DNA of 64,000 nt, from positions 62,001 to 126,000 of the forward strand of contig JAQGDQ010000486.1 in NCBI GenBank assembly GCA_030141605.1. Direction: 5' to 3'. Positions 61,257-64,000 of this stretch are shown here, in pieces. The position numbers and the translations under genes are program-made. Every line of letters begins with the position of its first letter. The first letter of the stretch is position 1. The DNA comes from Tubiluchus corallicola (Eukaryota > Animalia > Priapulida). Below the pieces are notes generated by a model. It ran no database searches. It saw only the letters and a list, made by a program, of their open reading frames with translations, and was not told the origin of the DNA.

Positions 61257-64000
61257 CTGGCGGCCGACTCTAGTGAATCTAGTTCTAGTGTAGTAGATGA
61301 GATTATTCATTGGTGGAAAAGCTGGACGGAGTTCTAGCTGCATTTACATAATCTGACACCAGATTATCACCAAAAATTGACTCAGTCAGTTACAAAAATA
61401 TTTCAAAGCTGCTAACACAAGCAAGACCAAAGAGCAATATTAATAAATTTTGAAGCATTTCATGTAACTATAGCTAGGTTTGCTAGAGTCGGAGATATTT
61501 AACACAGTTATGAGTTGTGCATCGTAAAAGATTGTATTTTTCAATTGGAGAAGCTTTTACATGTAAATTCGAGGTGCTACTGATATCGAGTCTGAGAAGT
61601 AACAGTTTTAACGTACAGCGGAAGCGCAATGACTTGCATTTTTACTAGGCCACAGAATATGGTGTTACTGCTTATTATGAGGTTGCACTGCAAATAATAC
61701 CTTTCAATGATATAGTTTTTAAGTCTTTTGACATGTCATTTGAGATTTTCTGGATGATTCCAGCAAATTTGTGCTTGTTGGGAACCATTTGAGCTGCTGT
61801 TTACTTGCCAAAATTCATTTTTATGTTAAATTGAGACAACTTAATTGTATTGGGAGTGCAAACACTGTGATTAAAGCAGCAGAAATGGCTGCCATCTAGT
61901 ATAGTTGTAATTTATTGAATGTCAGCTGAATTTTAGGTGCACATATAAAGAAATTAAATTCCCCATTCAAACATTCCACATCCTTAACATTCACGGTTGT
62001 CATTTACAATTGCCCAAATAAGCTTTTCTGCATTAAAAGATCTTTATTTATTTATTACTATTTTCAGTTGTCAAATCATTCCTAATTATACATGTTGTTT
62101 CAGAAGAAACAGTACAGTAGAAATATACTGATAAGTGTTGTGCAAAAATGTACAATATGCATTATACACAATGTACAAAAACTAGGTTTTAATGTGAGAA
62201 AATTGCATTAAATATAATATGAATGTAATATTATTTATACGTCATTGTGCAAGTTCAAGTTGATTTTGGACAAGCCAGCAAGTGTTATTCAAGGCGCCTA
62301 ATTGCTTTAACTTGGCAAAATTGAGTGTGTTTTTCATAATGTTTGACGTCGCTACTATTTGTGTTTGCAAGTTAACAGCTCAGACTTGCAACAGTTATTG
62401 TAGTCTAATCTTTCACTAAATGTTTTAACACCCAACACCATTGACTGTGATTTGACTAGCATATTTCAAATGCATTATTTCTTCTGAAACACCTTGTACA
62501 TATACCGTTCATGTGCATTTTTTAGTAGTTTAACTATTAAATTGCCGGTCATCGTAGCTGTGACCATTACTTAAATTTGGAAGCCGACAATGCTTAAAAC
62601 ACCAAGTTATAAGCATTGCCATTTGGTCACAATACAATGCTAATACCTACTTTACGCTTGCGTCTCTACTTAATTTCATTCTTACCATATTTGGTATCTA
62701 TGTGTGAAGATCGGCAGAGAATAAAACACAATGCATGTTAATATTTATTTAAGTATCTAACGCAGGATTATTATTTTAAGTCTAGTCATTCCGTTATCGT
62801 ATGCTGTTAATTATTAAATATACAGACGTGTGTGTATGATACTTAAGTATTTGAAATGCTATAATAAGCAGTTCGCGGTTCCAACGATTGACAATGATTG
62901 TGAAAAGATCCTAGGTTAAGTGTGCCAGACAACACATATGTGTACACTTGACAACTCCTCGCAGTCCATGCTGTTGTAATAGTAAGCATTTTAACAGCTA
63001 GCTAGAGCCTTACCTAGATCATTTTTTCTTTTTCCCAAGCAAAATCTTGCTAGTAAATTGCTTTACTCACAGACTAATACATAAATAAGTAAAGTCCACA
63101 TAAAACAACTGATGATGCAGACAGCTTTGCTTTACACTCATCACATGGCAGTTGTTGTTAAGTCGTGTTGCTGTGGTACACTTAACCTTTGACCTACAGC
63201 AACTGCACGTGGGCATTGCAAAACTGTGAAAAGGCTTATTGTTTCTGAACTGTGAATTTATACTTAACTAAGGAACTGGTTGTAGCACTTGGATTATTTT
63301 GCTTTCCATAAATGCATGACTGAAATTTATTATAATAGCTACAATGCAAAACAGTGATAAAATGTGAAATAAAGCTAGTCACATTATTCATAGGATAATT
63401 ATATATTCATATTGTTATTATATATTTATCTGTATAGTTATACAAAATAATGTATACTTTGCATACTGTTTTGCTAAAGTTTTTGATGAAATGCCGTTAA
63501 GTTGTCACTTAGTGTATAATAATTGCAATCACAAAATAATGTTAACAAGTTGAGTTATTTATTAGTATAATTAGTGACATGTACATTACACTGCAGATGT
63601 TGACAAGCTACATTTTTGGTTTTTTGGTGCAATTCTGAGTAATTTACAGTCCTATTAATATTAAGTGGATGACAAACATACGCACATAGATTTCACATAC
63701 ACTGAATTGATGAATGCAGCGACGCCAGTATTAGTCATCAGAAATGCAAAACTTAGATTGTCTGTCTATCTTCCTTTGTGCATGGAAATCGTCGAGAACT
63801 TGTTAAATGCACTATTTTTTGCATGATAATTGTTAATGGCGAATTTGACTGTCTGTTTCAGTCAAACATACAATGTGATACAAACTGTTTTTGACAGTTG
63901 CTGGACATAATTTAACACAGCAAAACTTTTTGCCCATTCCTTACATAACCTCGTTTATGGTATGGTACTTGTTACATATGTTTATTTATTCCATAAATTA

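Overview
AT-rich, intron-rich genomic DNA from an animal, most likely an invertebrate; the species cannot be fixed from the sequence. Three protein-coding genes were reconstructed by hand with phase-consistent GT-AG junctions. (1) The 3' part (11 exons, 594-12368, +) of a PLEKHA5/6/7-like scaffold gene. (2) A two-coding-exon gene on the minus strand (19184-19140 joined to 18407-14592) encoding a ~1286-aa protein I do not recognise. It has a signal peptide on a small exon missed by the ORF track, a very basic K/R block, ~8-9 tandem acidic 76-aa (228-bp) repeats and a Tyr/Gly/Thr/His-rich tail. It is a candidate adhesive, cement or structural matrix protein and the most novel item here. (3) A complete 16-exon BRSK/SAD-1 kinase gene (22815-61256, +, 729 aa). 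Introns hold many non-autonomous DNA transposons (Harbinger-, hAT-, Tc1/pogo- and Kolobok-like), Penelope-like inverted pairs, decayed CR1/L2-type LINE fragments and microsatellites. Further observations: an exon open in two reading frames, a GCATG (Rbfox) motif cluster around a cryptic stop-containing exon, and a candidate alternative-5' or poison exon in BRSK intron 2. No prokaryotic features, CRISPR arrays or intact RNA genes were seen.
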